NCBI GenBank assembly: GCA_965216325.1
Contig: OZ244160.1
Coordinates: forward strand, 1,856,001 to 1,920,000
Length of the DNA stretch: 64,000 bases
Reading direction: 5' to 3'
From: Coraliomargarita sp.
GTDB lineage: Bacteria > Verrucomicrobiota > Verrucomicrobiia > Opitutales > Coraliomargaritaceae
In this document: positions 50,116 through 59,951 of the stretch, one piece after another
How the letters are laid out: every line of letters starts with the position of its first letter
Position numbering within the stretch: position 1 is the first letter of the stretch
Position numbers and translations under genes: made by a program
The notes under the pieces: generated by a model
Told to the model about the DNA's origin: nothing
What the model saw: the letters and a program-made list of their open reading frames with translations, nothing else
Database searches by the model: none

Positions 50116-50850
50116 ATGCACCTTGTTGAAGGCACACTCGAATCCTCCACGGTTCTCTTTACATCGGCTGCTGGTTTATTGGCATTTGGCGTGGCTTGCT
50201 ATGGTGCACGACGTGAAATGAGCGCCAGGCATCTGCCGTCACTTGTCGCTATGACGGGCTTTGTTTTCGCGGCGCAGATGGTGAATTGTGCGACGGGGTT
50301 CGGCTTCTCCGGTCATTTGGTGGGTGCAGCTTTGCTGGCGATCTTATTTGGCCCCTGTGCGGCCATGCTGTCGATGGCGGTCGTGCTCAGTGCCCAGGTC
50401 GCATTTATGGGAGACGGTTCCTGGAGCACGCTTGGAGCGAACTTTATGAACATGGGTGTTGTCGCGCCATGGTTGGCTTACGGGGTCTTCCGTATGCTGC
50501 AGGGGCGACGCTCGCCTCAGCTTGATGCAGCACAGTGCGCTGCGCTTACGTTGGCTTCTTATGCTTCCATTTTAGGCGCGGCGGTGAGTCTCAGCTTTAT
50601 GGCTGAGTTGCCGCTTCGTTCTATGTTGTCGTCACACGCGCTGATCGGAGTGATCGAAGCCGTCTTAGGTGTCGGAGTCTTCTCCGTCTGCGTGCGAGGG
50701 GTGCGGGCCCGTGTGGGGATGGCTCGGCAATATGCGCTGAAGCCGATTGTCGCGGTCTGCTTGCTCGCTCTTTGCGTGTTGCCCTGGAGCTCCAAGCAGC
50801 CGGATGGCTTTGAGCATGTATCGAGTACGGCAGTGCGCTCGGGAGAGTAG
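50116..50850 (+). CDS. ECF-type Ni/Co substrate-binding membrane component (CbiM/NikM family)
   Basis: N-terminal MH, FVFAAQMVN, SGHLVGAALLAILFGP, GDGSWSTLGANFMNMG, HALIGVIEA; PDGFE near the end. Confidence 0.85.
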   Translation: MHLVEGTLESSTVLFTSAAGLLAFGVACYGARREMSARHLPSLVAMTGFVFAAQMVNCATGFGFSGHLVGAALLAILFGPCAAMLSMAVVLSAQVAFMGDGSWSTLGANFMNMGVVAPWLAYGVFRMLQGRRSPQLDAAQCAALTLASYASILGAAVSLSFMAELPLRSMLSSHALIGVIEAVLGVGVFSVCVRGVRARVGMARQYALKPIVAVCLLALCVLPWSSKQPDGFEHVSSTAVRSGE

Positions 50851-51432
50851 CTACCTTTTGCCGCGCAGGAAGTCGCGGCTGTTGCGGCGGATCTTCTTGA
50901 TGCGGGTTTCCATTTTCTTGAGGTGGCGCTTGTCCATCTTGTCGATGAAGAGCTCGCCGTTTAGGTGATCGACCTCGTGGAGGATGCAGCGTCCGAGCAG
51001 GCCATCGCACTCGATTTCGTGGGGGTTGCCTTCCAGGTCCTGGAACTCGCACTTCACGCCGATTGGGCGCGTTACGTTGCCGCGCACGTCCGGGAAGGAC
51101 AGGCAGCCTTCTTCGTACACATCTTCGCTTGGGTCGATGATGGTGACTTTTGGGTTCACGATCGCCAGCGGCATAATAAGGTCCAGCGGCGGCTGCTTTT
51201 TGTCGTAAAAATACTGGAAGGGGACCTCGGCACCTTCGGGTGGTCGCACGTCCACAACGCAGATTTGAAGTGCCTGATCGATTTGTTGCGCGGCAAGACC
51301 GATGCCTTCTTCGGCATACATGGTCTCAAACATGTCTTCGGCCAGCTGCTTGAGCTCGTCGTTGAATTCAGTGACGGGGGCTCCAACTTCGCGGAGGATC
51401 GGCTCGCCATAGTGGGTGACTCGTAAACGCAT
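50851..51432 (-). CDS. def: Peptide deformylase
   Basis: GIGLAAQQI, EEGCLSFP, HEVDHLNG; ATG at 51432 (MRLRVTHYGEPILR). Confidence 0.95.
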   Translation of the reverse strand: MRLRVTHYGEPILREVGAPVTEFNDELKQLAEDMFETMYAEEGIGLAAQQIDQALQICVVDVRPPEGAEVPFQYFYDKKQPPLDLIMPLAIVNPKVTIIDPSEDVYEEGCLSFPDVRGNVTRPIGVKCEFQDLEGNPHEIECDGLLGRCILHEVDHLNGELFIDKMDKRHLKKMETRIKKIRRNSRDFLRGKR

Positions 51433-51482
51433 GGAGGCACGTTGTGCGGAACTCTCCAGCCTGTAAAGTATTTGCTGTGTGC

Positions 51483-52028
51483 TTAGGTGTCGGTGGTGGG
51501 CGCGACCGGAATGTGAACTTCTGAGCGCTTGAGGAAACTGATGGTGAATGGACCGTTCCAATAGATGCCCCGGGCGGGGCCGGTTGCTTGGTGAGTCCCC
51601 TGTGCGTCGAGCCACTCTTTCAGCTGGGCCTCGGCTGTTTTGAAGTTGGTTTGGCTGTAGCTGCCGCGCACGCCGATACTGGCGACTGTACGCTCGGGAA
51701 GCTCTAGAACCCGGACCTCATCGGTGGTGGCCAATTCGCGCTCAGCGGCATCGCCGCCAATGTAGAAATACATGACGCCGGGCGACATCTCGGCTTCAAC
51801 CGGGATGGTCATGGCAATGTCATTGTTCGAGATGTAGCGAAACAGGGGGCGGAAGAGTGCATTGTTGCGCTCAAAATAGCCGCGATCCGACTCGCTGGCG
51901 ATCAGTTTGGCGGCTGGAAGGGTTTTGATTTCGATGGCGCCGACTGCAGTTTTGGCAAATGCTTGTTCGTAGGCGGTGATCAGTTGTAAGGGGAGCAGGC
52001 AGAGGCACAGTAGTTTAAGCGTATTCAT
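51483..52028 (-). CDS. Secreted SOUL heme-binding family protein
   Basis: FRPLFRYIS, IAMTIPVE, WNGPFT..KRSEVHIPV; signal peptide from ATG 52028 (alternative start 52043). Confidence 0.8.
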   Translation of the reverse strand: MNTLKLLCLCLLPLQLITAYEQAFAKTAVGAIEIKTLPAAKLIASESDRGYFERNNALFRPLFRYISNNDIAMTIPVEAEMSPGVMYFYIGGDAAERELATTDEVRVLELPERTVASIGVRGSYSQTNFKTAEAQLKEWLDAQGTHQATGPARGIYWNGPFTISFLKRSEVHIPVAPTTDT

Positions 52029-52081
52029 GCGGACTGATCTCATAGGGAGCGCAGCACCTTACAGAATGAGCCGATCAGGCC

Positions 52082-52588
52082 TTAAACGCCGGGTAATTTG
52101 AGCTCCTCGGTCAGGCTCAGCTGGCCTTCGGGGTCGCAGTTCGCGCGTAGGCCGACGAAGCCCTCATGGAAGCGATCATAGTAGGGCCACAGGAGCGTGC
52201 GGTCGGTCTCGGGGATCTTGAGGGCGTCGATGGCGGAGCGGCTGAAAAATTGAAACTGGCCCTCGTCGATCTCGGGGGGCAGGGCGTTGATGGCTTTTTG
52301 GGCGTTGAAGAGGAACATTAACCAGTGGCCGGTGCCTTCGTAGCTTTTCTCAGAAATGTAGCCAAAGCAGTGTAGGTCCTCGTCACCCAGTTCGAGGCTG
52401 ACCTCTTCCAGGACTTCGCGGCGGGCGCATTCGTAAGGTGATTCGCCGGTGTGCATGTCGAGTTTGCCTCCAATTGGACTCCAGCAGCCCTTGTTCGGGG
52501 CTTTGCGGCGCTCGATGAGCAGGTGTTCGTCTGCTTCGTTGCGAAGAAATACCAGTGCACTGATTTTAAATGGGAGCTCGGTCGACAT
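52082..52588 (-). CDS. NUDIX hydrolase
   Basis: GGKLDMHTGESPYECARREVLEEVSL Nudix box. Confidence 0.9.
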   Translation of the reverse strand: MSTELPFKISALVFLRNEADEHLLIERRKAPNKGCWSPIGGKLDMHTGESPYECARREVLEEVSLELGDEDLHCFGYISEKSYEGTGHWLMFLFNAQKAINALPPEIDEGQFQFFSRSAIDALKIPETDRTLLWPYYDRFHEGFVGLRANCDPEGQLSLTEELKLPGV

Positions 52589-52813
52589 GTTGGAGAACTT
52601 TTAGATGCCGCTTGGGACGGCAAGTGTAATGTTGGGTGAGCGCTGTGGTCTGGGGGGGCGGCGTGGGCTCGTCCATTCTGCTTCTAATACGGGGCATAAC
52701 GCGCGGATAAATCCGCTCTGGCAGTGAAAAAGGGGTTGCTTTAGCGGGAATCAACCCATACCCCAGACAGTTCATTGTCTCAAGATACCTGTTAATCTCA
52801 GTTTTCCCCGCCC

Positions 52814-53395
52814 ATGATTAGAAGTCTTTTTTCACTTTTTGGTGCGCTCGCAATCTCAGCGGGCTCTCTTGTCGCGCAAGACGTTGTTGTCGATCAAGTT
52901 AAGTTCAATAAGACCCGCGACGACTGGATTCAGATCGAAATGCGCCTCACTTGTAACGGCAATTCGGCGCCGGATGCACGCAACCCGAAGTTTCTGGAGA
53001 ACATCAAGGTTAAGCCATACATTGCCTATCCCAAAGGTGATTCTGCGGATCAGTTCGTTTATTTCACGTCTGAAGTAGAAATCATTGCCATGGAGCAGCG
53101 CGACAAGAGCTACGTGTATTTCTATGTGCCTGGCCCAATTGCAAAACGGGATAATCTTAAATACCCCAAGTATTACTACATTGAGCTGTCGGTAAACGGT
53201 ACGGAATTGCCTCCACAAAAGACTGCCATCGGCAATATCCCCAATGCTGCTAGCCTTGAGCAGATGAAGAGTCTGACTATCTCCGGTGCCGAGGCCAATA
53301 AAGACATGTTGCTGCCCGTGTACTACACGCCAGCGCAATACCTTGGTAGCGTGCGTGATCTACCGATCTTTTTGCGCCGCGATCCGCAGCAGTAA
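52814..53395 (+). CDS. Amuc_1102-like exported protein of the verrucomicrobial secretin cluster
   Basis: Signal peptide, DWIQIE motif, first gene ahead of the PilM-like and secretin genes; called mainly from synteny. Confidence 0.6.
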   Translation: MIRSLFSLFGALAISAGSLVAQDVVVDQVKFNKTRDDWIQIEMRLTCNGNSAPDARNPKFLENIKVKPYIAYPKGDSADQFVYFTSEVEIIAMEQRDKSYVYFYVPGPIAKRDNLKYPKYYYIELSVNGTELPPQKTAIGNIPNAASLEQMKSLTISGAEANKDMLLPVYYTPAQYLGSVRDLPIFLRRDPQQ

Positions 53396-53421
53396 TCCGA
53401 CTTTTAGCTAGCTAACCTTAC

Positions 53422-55089
53422 ATGAGCAGTTCCAAACGCTTAATCATTAACTGTGGCGCCAGTCGTGTGACTGCCGCAGTTCTTACGACCAGCGAAGGCA
53501 GCATCCATGTGGACCGTCTTGTCACTGAGCATCTGGAATACGATTTTTCCAATGAAGATGCGTGGCAAGGGGCAGTCCGCAGTGCGCTGCATTCCCTCAC
53601 GCACGAGCACAAACTCAGTGGTAAGACCACGCTGCTCTTGCCCGGCAGTCAGGTGCTTACCCGCCCGATTCGCATCCCGCATGTGGAGGAAGCTAAGCGC
53701 GCCCAAACGATTGCGTTTGAGGCACAGCAGAATATTCCATTCCCGCTGCATGAGGTGATCTGGGACAGTCAGATTGTCGAAGATGATGGCGTGGAGACTG
53801 AAGTGCTGTTTGTAGCGTGTAAGTCTGAAGTGATTGGCGACCTTTGCAAGAGTGCGGAAGGTGCAGGGCTGGTTGTTGAGCGTATCAATGCTGCGCCCTT
53901 GCTGGACTACAATGCCTTGCAACACAGCGCGGGGCTCGATCAAGAGACGCTGGTGATTAACATCGGTGCAAGTTCAACGAATTTACTCTTTTGCAATAGC
54001 GACAGTTTCTACATTCGTAACATTCCAAAGCTGGGAGGCAATATGCTGACCCAGAGCATTGCGGACAGCGTGGGTAAGAGCTTCATGACGGCTGAAGAGC
54101 TGAAGCTTAAGTTCTTTGGGGGTGAAATTGAAGCGGGCGAGGATGACTCGGGGGCGAAATTGCTGAATGCGAGTGCTGAGGCATTCATGCGTCGCATGAA
54201 CCAGGAAATCACTCGTTCGATCGTTAATTACCGTCGCCAGAAGAAGGGCGCGGCACCGAAGCGTATCTTTTTGAGTGGCCGTGGCTCTTTGTTGAGTGGC
54301 TTGGCTGAAAAGCTTTCCGAGTCGCAGAAGGTAAAGGTCGAGATCTTTGATCCAGTGCAGGCGGCTACCTTGGATGGGAGCATTCATGAGGCCATGGATT
54401 TGCTCCGCCTGCAAACGGGTGAGATCATCGGTGAAGCCTGCCGAGATCTGGTGCCTTCGGGTGCTGGTGTGAACCTTTTGCCGAGCGATGTGCAGGACGA
54501 AATGGAGTTCTCCAAGAAGAAGCCGATCCTGCTGATTGCAGCTGCCTGCTTGGCCCTCGCGCCGATTCCTGCCTATCTCGGGCTTAAGGCTTCTGCCGCG
54601 GAGTATAAGTCCGCGACCCAAGAGGTTCAGGCACAGACAGCTCCATTGACTGCGCGTCAGGCTCAAATCCAGGCCAACTTGGAGGAGTCTCAGAAAATTG
54701 CGGGAGACATCAGTGTGGTTGAGAGCTTGGTTAATACCAAGACCAACTGGATTCAATTTTTTGCGGAGTTACAGGATATTCTGCAGAAAGCCCAAGACGT
54801 CTGGATTGAAGATTTGGCAGTTAATCGCGGCACGACCGAGGCAGGTGTGCCGACATATGAATTGGTGGTCTCAGGTATGACTTTGGTGCGTGAAGCTGCC
54901 AACGGTGCGGACAATGTCGATCAGGGCGCCTTGTCCCTACGTATCCGTCGCTTGCAGGCGAGCTTCGAAAGCTCACGTTTTGTCTCTGAAGCAAAGTCAC
55001 CACGGATCAACTTCGAGAATCTGAATAATGGCCTGAAGGTCCTTCCTTTTGAAATCGTTCTCATCGTAGACGCTGCGAAACCGCTCTAA
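53422..55089 (+). CDS. PilM-like actin-fold protein fused to a PilN-like TM/periplasmic part (Amuc_1101-like)
   Basis: FEAQQNIPFPLHEVIWD, INIGASSTNL, EITRSIVNYR, IFLSGRGS, VNLLP followed by a TM helix and coiled coil. Confidence 0.85.
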   Translation: MSSSKRLIINCGASRVTAAVLTTSEGSIHVDRLVTEHLEYDFSNEDAWQGAVRSALHSLTHEHKLSGKTTLLLPGSQVLTRPIRIPHVEEAKRAQTIAFEAQQNIPFPLHEVIWDSQIVEDDGVETEVLFVACKSEVIGDLCKSAEGAGLVVERINAAPLLDYNALQHSAGLDQETLVINIGASSTNLLFCNSDSFYIRNIPKLGGNMLTQSIADSVGKSFMTAEELKLKFFGGEIEAGEDDSGAKLLNASAEAFMRRMNQEITRSIVNYRRQKKGAAPKRIFLSGRGSLLSGLAEKLSESQKVKVEIFDPVQAATLDGSIHEAMDLLRLQTGEIIGEACRDLVPSGAGVNLLPSDVQDEMEFSKKKPILLIAAACLALAPIPAYLGLKASAAEYKSATQEVQAQTAPLTARQAQIQANLEESQKIAGDISVVESLVNTKTNWIQFFAELQDILQKAQDVWIEDLAVNRGTTEAGVPTYELVVSGMTLVREAANGADNVDQGALSLRIRRLQASFESSRFVSEAKSPRINFENLNNGLKVLPFEIVLIVDAAKPL

Positions 55090-55094
55090 GCTCC

Positions 55095-56060
55095 ATGACT
55101 GTATTAAAAAAGAATCCTATTTTTTCTGCTTCGGTCGGGGTCTGCGTGCTGGCCTTTCTTGGGCTCGGCTACATGGCTTTTAGTGCCAGTGGCGAATTGA
55201 AGACAGCCAAGAAGCGCCTCAAGTCTGCTGAGCGTAGCTATATGGCTGCAGCTCAGGCTGAAGTCGCCCCAACTGAAGGTAATCTAGCGGCTTCGACTGC
55301 GAACCTTGAAGAACTGCGCCGTCAATTCAGCGTGGTCAGTGGTGAGCTTCGTAAAGGCACACGTATTACATCGACGGATGATGGTATTGCGGTGACTGCG
55401 GCGATTCGTGATTTTATCCGCAAGTTCCAGCGTGAGGCTGCTGCGCGCCAAGAGGGCGATGTTGAGCTTGCCGAGGTCAAGCTTCCCGAGGACTTCGCCT
55501 TTGGTTTCGAAGACTACTACCGCAATCCAGTCATTCCGGATGATCCGCAAGAGGTGGCTTTCCTGGGCAAGCAGCACCAGATCCTCAACTACACGATGAC
55601 GAAGCTAATGGCTGCGCGCCCGACGTCGATTCAATCCGTGGAACGCGAGTTCTATGCTGCGGGCGGTGGCGATGCGGTTAGTGACGGCTTTGTCATTGAT
55701 CCTGCGGTAAGTGCTGCCGTGCCGGGTGGGATCAATACCATCGCATTTCGTGTCAAGTTCACTGGTTCCACTGATTCGCTGCGCCAGTTCTTCAACAACT
55801 TAAACACATTCGATTTGCCGATCGTCGTGCGCAGTGTGGAAGTATCCCGCGCAGGTGGCGAGGGCATCAGTGTTGAGCCTAAGAAGGGTGGGCTCGAAGA
55901 TATCTTTGGCGCTTTCGGGGGGAGTGGTACGACTACTGTAAAGGAAACGGCACGCGAGCCCGTCATCATTGGCGACAATTCACAATTCACGCTCGTCCTG
56001 GAGTATTTCGAGGTCGTCCAAGCACAAGCAAACACACCGTCCGCGGAGGAGCAGTCTTAA
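55095..56060 (+). CDS. Amuc_1100-like (PilO-like) protein
   Basis: N-terminal TM, coiled coil, FAFGFEDY, FRVKFTGSTDSLRQFFN, IVVRSVEV; synteny. Confidence 0.75.
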   Translation: MTVLKKNPIFSASVGVCVLAFLGLGYMAFSASGELKTAKKRLKSAERSYMAAAQAEVAPTEGNLAASTANLEELRRQFSVVSGELRKGTRITSTDDGIAVTAAIRDFIRKFQREAAARQEGDVELAEVKLPEDFAFGFEDYYRNPVIPDDPQEVAFLGKQHQILNYTMTKLMAARPTSIQSVEREFYAAGGGDAVSDGFVIDPAVSAAVPGGINTIAFRVKFTGSTDSLRQFFNNLNTFDLPIVVRSVEVSRAGGEGISVEPKKGGLEDIFGAFGGSGTTTVKETAREPVIIGDNSQFTLVLEYFEVVQAQANTPSAEEQS

Positions 56061-56066
56061 TTTCGT

Positions 56067-56966
56067 ATGAACAAGCATTACGATAAACTCCTACTTTTAC
56101 TTGCTGTCTGCGCACTCGGTGCAGGGGCCGTTCTCTACGTCAAGCAGTCGGGGCCTGATGCTTCGCGCGCCCGAGGTCTGGGCGAGGGGCACTACCAAGC
56201 GGTTGCAATCCCACAGATGGAGCTGGCTGATGTGAGTTGGGGCACTCCGACACCACAAGAGCCCAGCGGCTTCAAATATGATGTGTTTACGCCGTACAAG
56301 ATCTATATTGATCCGCAAACCGGTGAGTTTACGCAGGATCGACCGAAGGATCCACTCGATGGGCCAGAGTTTATCTGGGACGCAGTGTTGCTGTCCATCT
56401 CGCGTGAACCGTATCGTATTCAGCTTGAGGGATTTATTGATGAAGGGGAGGGCAGTGTGCTCTTTCTCTTCCACGACGTGGAGCTACGCAAGACAGTGCG
56501 TGCTCGTCTAGGCAAAGATTCCGCCGGTGCGGCTGCGTCGCAATTCAAAGTGGTGGATGCTCAGGTCAAACTTCTGGAAGGTGAGGACGGCAGTCGCACG
56601 CGTCTGGCAACAGCGACGATCTTGGATGAGCGCACTGGCGAGGAGAAGAGCCTCATTCACCGCGAACTCTTGTTTGAGGATGCCGTCACTGTTGTTGTCG
56701 GATCGAACCGTGATGGCAGTTTTGAGAGGGAACTCAGCGAGGTCGGAGAGAGTTTTACCACTGAGTATGGTAGTTACACCTTGAAGGAAATTAATCTTGA
56801 AGATTCAACGATTACCGTCGAGAAAGCAGCCACCGCGGATTTCGAAGCTGAATTACGTAAACTATTGATAGACGCTCCTAAAGCCGATGAAGCAACAACC
56901 ATAGAAACCGATTTCGCTGATCCGAGCACCACGCCGGACACCGTGTTCGATCTGTTCTTTCAATAA
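56067..56966 (+). CDS. Amuc_1099-like membrane-anchored protein
   Basis: MNKHYDKLLLL N-terminal anchor; lies between the PilO-like gene and the secretin. Confidence 0.6.
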   Translation: MNKHYDKLLLLLAVCALGAGAVLYVKQSGPDASRARGLGEGHYQAVAIPQMELADVSWGTPTPQEPSGFKYDVFTPYKIYIDPQTGEFTQDRPKDPLDGPEFIWDAVLLSISREPYRIQLEGFIDEGEGSVLFLFHDVELRKTVRARLGKDSAGAAASQFKVVDAQVKLLEGEDGSRTRLATATILDERTGEEKSLIHRELLFEDAVTVVVGSNRDGSFERELSEVGESFTTEYGSYTLKEINLEDSTITVEKAATADFEAELRKLLIDAPKADEATTIETDFADPSTTPDTVFDLFFQ

Positions 56967-57000
56967 CCTTTAACAAACAGCAAATACGCTAAACACGAAT

Positions 57001-59781
57001 ATGAAAAGATACCTCACAAAACGCGCCCGTCGTGCTGCCCCGTATCTGGCAGCTGTCGCGGTTACCGCAGCGATGTTCTCCCCACAGCAGATCGACGCGC
57101 AAGATGCGTCTGACAAGATTAAGCTGATGGCTGAGACACTCAGAGCACGTGACTCTGGCAACTTGACTCTTGCCAAGGAAAAGGCGGAGGAGTTGATTAA
57201 AATTGCACCGAACGACGAAAATGTTCAGCGCTTGAACGCATCGATCAATCGTGAGATTGAGCGCCAGCAAGCTGAGGGGGGTGCGGTGTATGGTCAAGCT
57301 GCCGACGCGACGGTTGAAACTGCCATGGAAGGTAGTTCCGCGCCGACAACTGCTGCTCCGGTCGCAGCTGCGGACTCTCTTGCAGATCAAGTCGCAGCGG
57401 AACAAGCGGAAAAGGTTGCTGCTGCAGAGCAAGCCATCGTCGAAGCGAATCAGTTGGCTGACTTGGGCGCATACGATGACGCGGCTGCTTTGCTGACACA
57501 AGCTGCAGCCAGTCTCCAACTGAACACGGCAACAGCGGACACGCTCGCGGACATTCAAGAAGCCAAGGCTGATGTGTTGCTGATCGAAGCCAAAGCGCTT
57601 GCTGAGTCCGGCGACCAGAAGGGTGCAGAAGAAGTTCTCAAGGAATATGTAGCTGCGGGTGGTAGTGCAAGCAAGGCACGTAGCTTGGGTGACAAGCTCG
57701 ACGGTATCATCCGCAACCCATACGATATCGACATTGCAGAGGTGAGCCCGGAATTCGTTGCAGAAGCGGACACCATTCGTGATCTGCTCACTCGTGGGCG
57801 TGCGCAATTCCTGAATGGTGACTACGATGGCGCTGCCGCGACGTTCAAGCAAGTGGAGGCGCGTGATGCAAACAATGCCGAAGCGAAGCTCTTTTCTACC
57901 AAAATCGCTGAAATCCTCGCCGAGATTCACGACCAGACCATGTATAAGACACGTGAGCAAATGCTTTCTGACGTCGGAAAGCAATGGGAGCGTCCAAAGG
58001 TTTACGATATTGCTGGCACAGAAGTGACAGGTCCGACGAAGACGCCTCTCACTGATAAGCTCGATGAGATCATCATTCCTCAGGTGAACTTCTCCGGTAT
58101 GGAGCTCACTCGCGTAGTTGAGACACTCTCCGAACTGTCCGTTGAATACGATAGGGCGGGCGAAGGTGTGAACATCGTGCCGCTCTTTGACGCGAACGAT
58201 CGTAATCCACGCGTGAACATCAGCCTGCGTAAGCTTAGCCTGGCTCAGATCCTCAACTTTGTGACTCAGCAAGTGAGCTTCAACTACGATGTCGGCGAAA
58301 CTGCAGTGACTGTTAGCTGGAGTGGTGAAACCAATGCAACCGGCACGCTGACCACCGACTTCTTCCCAATTACACGTGCGACCATCATTCGCCTGATCGG
58401 CACCGACGATGCCGGTGGCGGCGGCTTTGGCGCGGACCCATTCGGTGGCGGTTCTGACCCATTTGCACCAGCTCCGGTTAGCACCGGTGGCGGTGGCGGC
58501 GATGACAAGGCTGAAAAGCTGAAGGCATTCTTCCAAAGCGCAGGTGTGAACTTCGAAATCGGCGGTGCAAGCCTCGCGTTCGATGGCGAGCAGCTGATCG
58601 TGACCCAAACACGTCGTAACCTCGAGCGCCTCCAGGCGATCCTTCGTCGCTACAACGAAGTGAAGCAGGTGGAAATCGAGACCAAGTTCCTGGAAGTCGC
58701 ACAAAACGATCTCGAAGAGCTCGGCTTTGACTGGACTGTTCAAGACGGCAAGATGCCAATCTTCGACGAGAATGGTGCTCCGGTTCTCGACGATTTCGGT
58801 CGTCCGACCTACACCTACGACCGCACCTTCGAAACACAGGGGCGTAATCTGAATAGCACCTTCGGCACAGGTCTCGATGCCAGCGCGATTGTGGTTAATG
58901 GTAATATCGAAGCGATTAACCGAGCGCCGCAAATCACAGATACCATCGACCTCGCAGCAGATGCCGCAAATCTCTTCACTGCGACCGGTTGGTCAATTAA
59001 TGGCTACGAAGTCGATCTTGCGATCAATGCCTTGTCACGTAAGACGGGTAGCGACTTGATGAGTGCACCAAAGGTGACCGTACTTTCCGGTAAGCGTGCA
59101 AGCATCACGGTTGCTCAAGAACTCCGCTATCCGGAGAGCTATGGTGACATCGAATCGACCGCCGGTGGTGGTGGTGGTACCACCAGTGGTACCACCAGTG
59201 GCGGCGGAGCCTCGATTTCGATCACTGCGGGCACACCGGAAGACTTCGTTACCCGTAACGTAGGTGTGGAACTCACCGTCACGCCAAATGTCGAGAACGA
59301 CGACACCATCAGTCTCCTACTTGAGCCACGTGTGACTGAATTCGAAGGCTTCGTTGAATACGGTGGCCCGAGTGTGGCGATCGTTGGCGGCGGCGCTCTG
59401 TCCGGCGGCACCACGGTAACGGTTCCTGCCGGCTTCTACCAGCCGATCTTCTCCACTCGTGAACTGACTACTGAAGTCACGGTCTTCGACGGTGCAACCG
59501 TCGTCATGGGTGGCCTGACTCGCGACGAAGTGAAATACTACGAAGACAAGGTTCCAGTCGTCGGTGACATTCCTGGTATTGGTAAGCTTTTCCGCTCAGA
59601 GGGTGAGACACGCCAAAAGCGCAATCTCCTGATCTTCGTGACTGCGAACTTGGTCAGCCCGGGTGGCTCGCCAGCTCGTCAGAACTTCCGCCACGCAAAG
59701 GCGAACGCATTGTTCCAGAATCCAACGATCATGACCCCTTCCGGTTCGGTGAACCGGACGATCGAGGAAGACAGCAATTAA
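57001..59781 (+). CDS. Secretin (GspD/PilQ family, Amuc_1098-like) with helical TPR-like N-terminus
   Basis: QVEIETKFLEV, DLMSAPKVTVLSG, RNVGVELTVTP, TVFDGATVVMGGL, DKVPVVGDIPGIGKLFRS, NLLIFVTA. Confidence 0.93.
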   Translation: MKRYLTKRARRAAPYLAAVAVTAAMFSPQQIDAQDASDKIKLMAETLRARDSGNLTLAKEKAEELIKIAPNDENVQRLNASINREIERQQAEGGAVYGQAADATVETAMEGSSAPTTAAPVAAADSLADQVAAEQAEKVAAAEQAIVEANQLADLGAYDDAAALLTQAAASLQLNTATADTLADIQEAKADVLLIEAKALAESGDQKGAEEVLKEYVAAGGSASKARSLGDKLDGIIRNPYDIDIAEVSPEFVAEADTIRDLLTRGRAQFLNGDYDGAAATFKQVEARDANNAEAKLFSTKIAEILAEIHDQTMYKTREQMLSDVGKQWERPKVYDIAGTEVTGPTKTPLTDKLDEIIIPQVNFSGMELTRVVETLSELSVEYDRAGEGVNIVPLFDANDRNPRVNISLRKLSLAQILNFVTQQVSFNYDVGETAVTVSWSGETNATGTLTTDFFPITRATIIRLIGTDDAGGGGFGADPFGGGSDPFAPAPVSTGGGGGDDKAEKLKAFFQSAGVNFEIGGASLAFDGEQLIVTQTRRNLERLQAILRRYNEVKQVEIETKFLEVAQNDLEELGFDWTVQDGKMPIFDENGAPVLDDFGRPTYTYDRTFETQGRNLNSTFGTGLDASAIVVNGNIEAINRAPQITDTIDLAADAANLFTATGWSINGYEVDLAINALSRKTGSDLMSAPKVTVLSGKRASITVAQELRYPESYGDIESTAGGGGGTTSGTTSGGGASISITAGTPEDFVTRNVGVELTVTPNVENDDTISLLLEPRVTEFEGFVEYGGPSVAIVGGGALSGGTTVTVPAGFYQPIFSTRELTTEVTVFDGATVVMGGLTRDEVKYYEDKVPVVGDIPGIGKLFRSEGETRQKRNLLIFVTANLVSPGGSPARQNFRHAKANALFQNPTIMTPSGSVNRTIEEDSN

Positions 59782-59818
59782 GCGAAACTAATTACTTATG
59801 TTAACGATCTTCATTACG

Positions 59819-59847
59819 GGAAGCCGACCTTCTGGTCGGCTTCCTTT
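59819..59847 (+). terminator. Rho-independent terminator after the secretin
   Basis: ggaagccgacc-ttct-ggtcggcttcc followed by ttt. Confidence 0.8.
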
Positions 59848-59951
59848 ATGCGAGCCTATAAATCTCCATTAGTCATTTATCTAACGTTTCGACTCCGCAA
59901 ATAACGGTCTTCAACGCAAATCCGGATAAATGACTTGAACTGCCTCAGATC

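Noticed and set aside
56989..58932. 647-aa ORF antisense to the secretin
   Set aside because: Almost entirely overlaps a clear secretin gene, has no recognisable motifs, and is the shadow expected from biased codon usage.
59161..59208. Short tandem ggtaccaccagt repeat in the secretin
   Set aside because: In-frame Gly/Thr/Ser linker coding; not a CRISPR or phase-variation tract.
59890..59946. Two CGCAAA words plus TCCGG..TAA upstream of the protease, reminiscent of a c-di-GMP-I riboswitch
   Set aside because: No pairing stem or GNRA tetraloop between the two GCAAA words; an Infernal search with RF01051 would be needed and I expect no hit.
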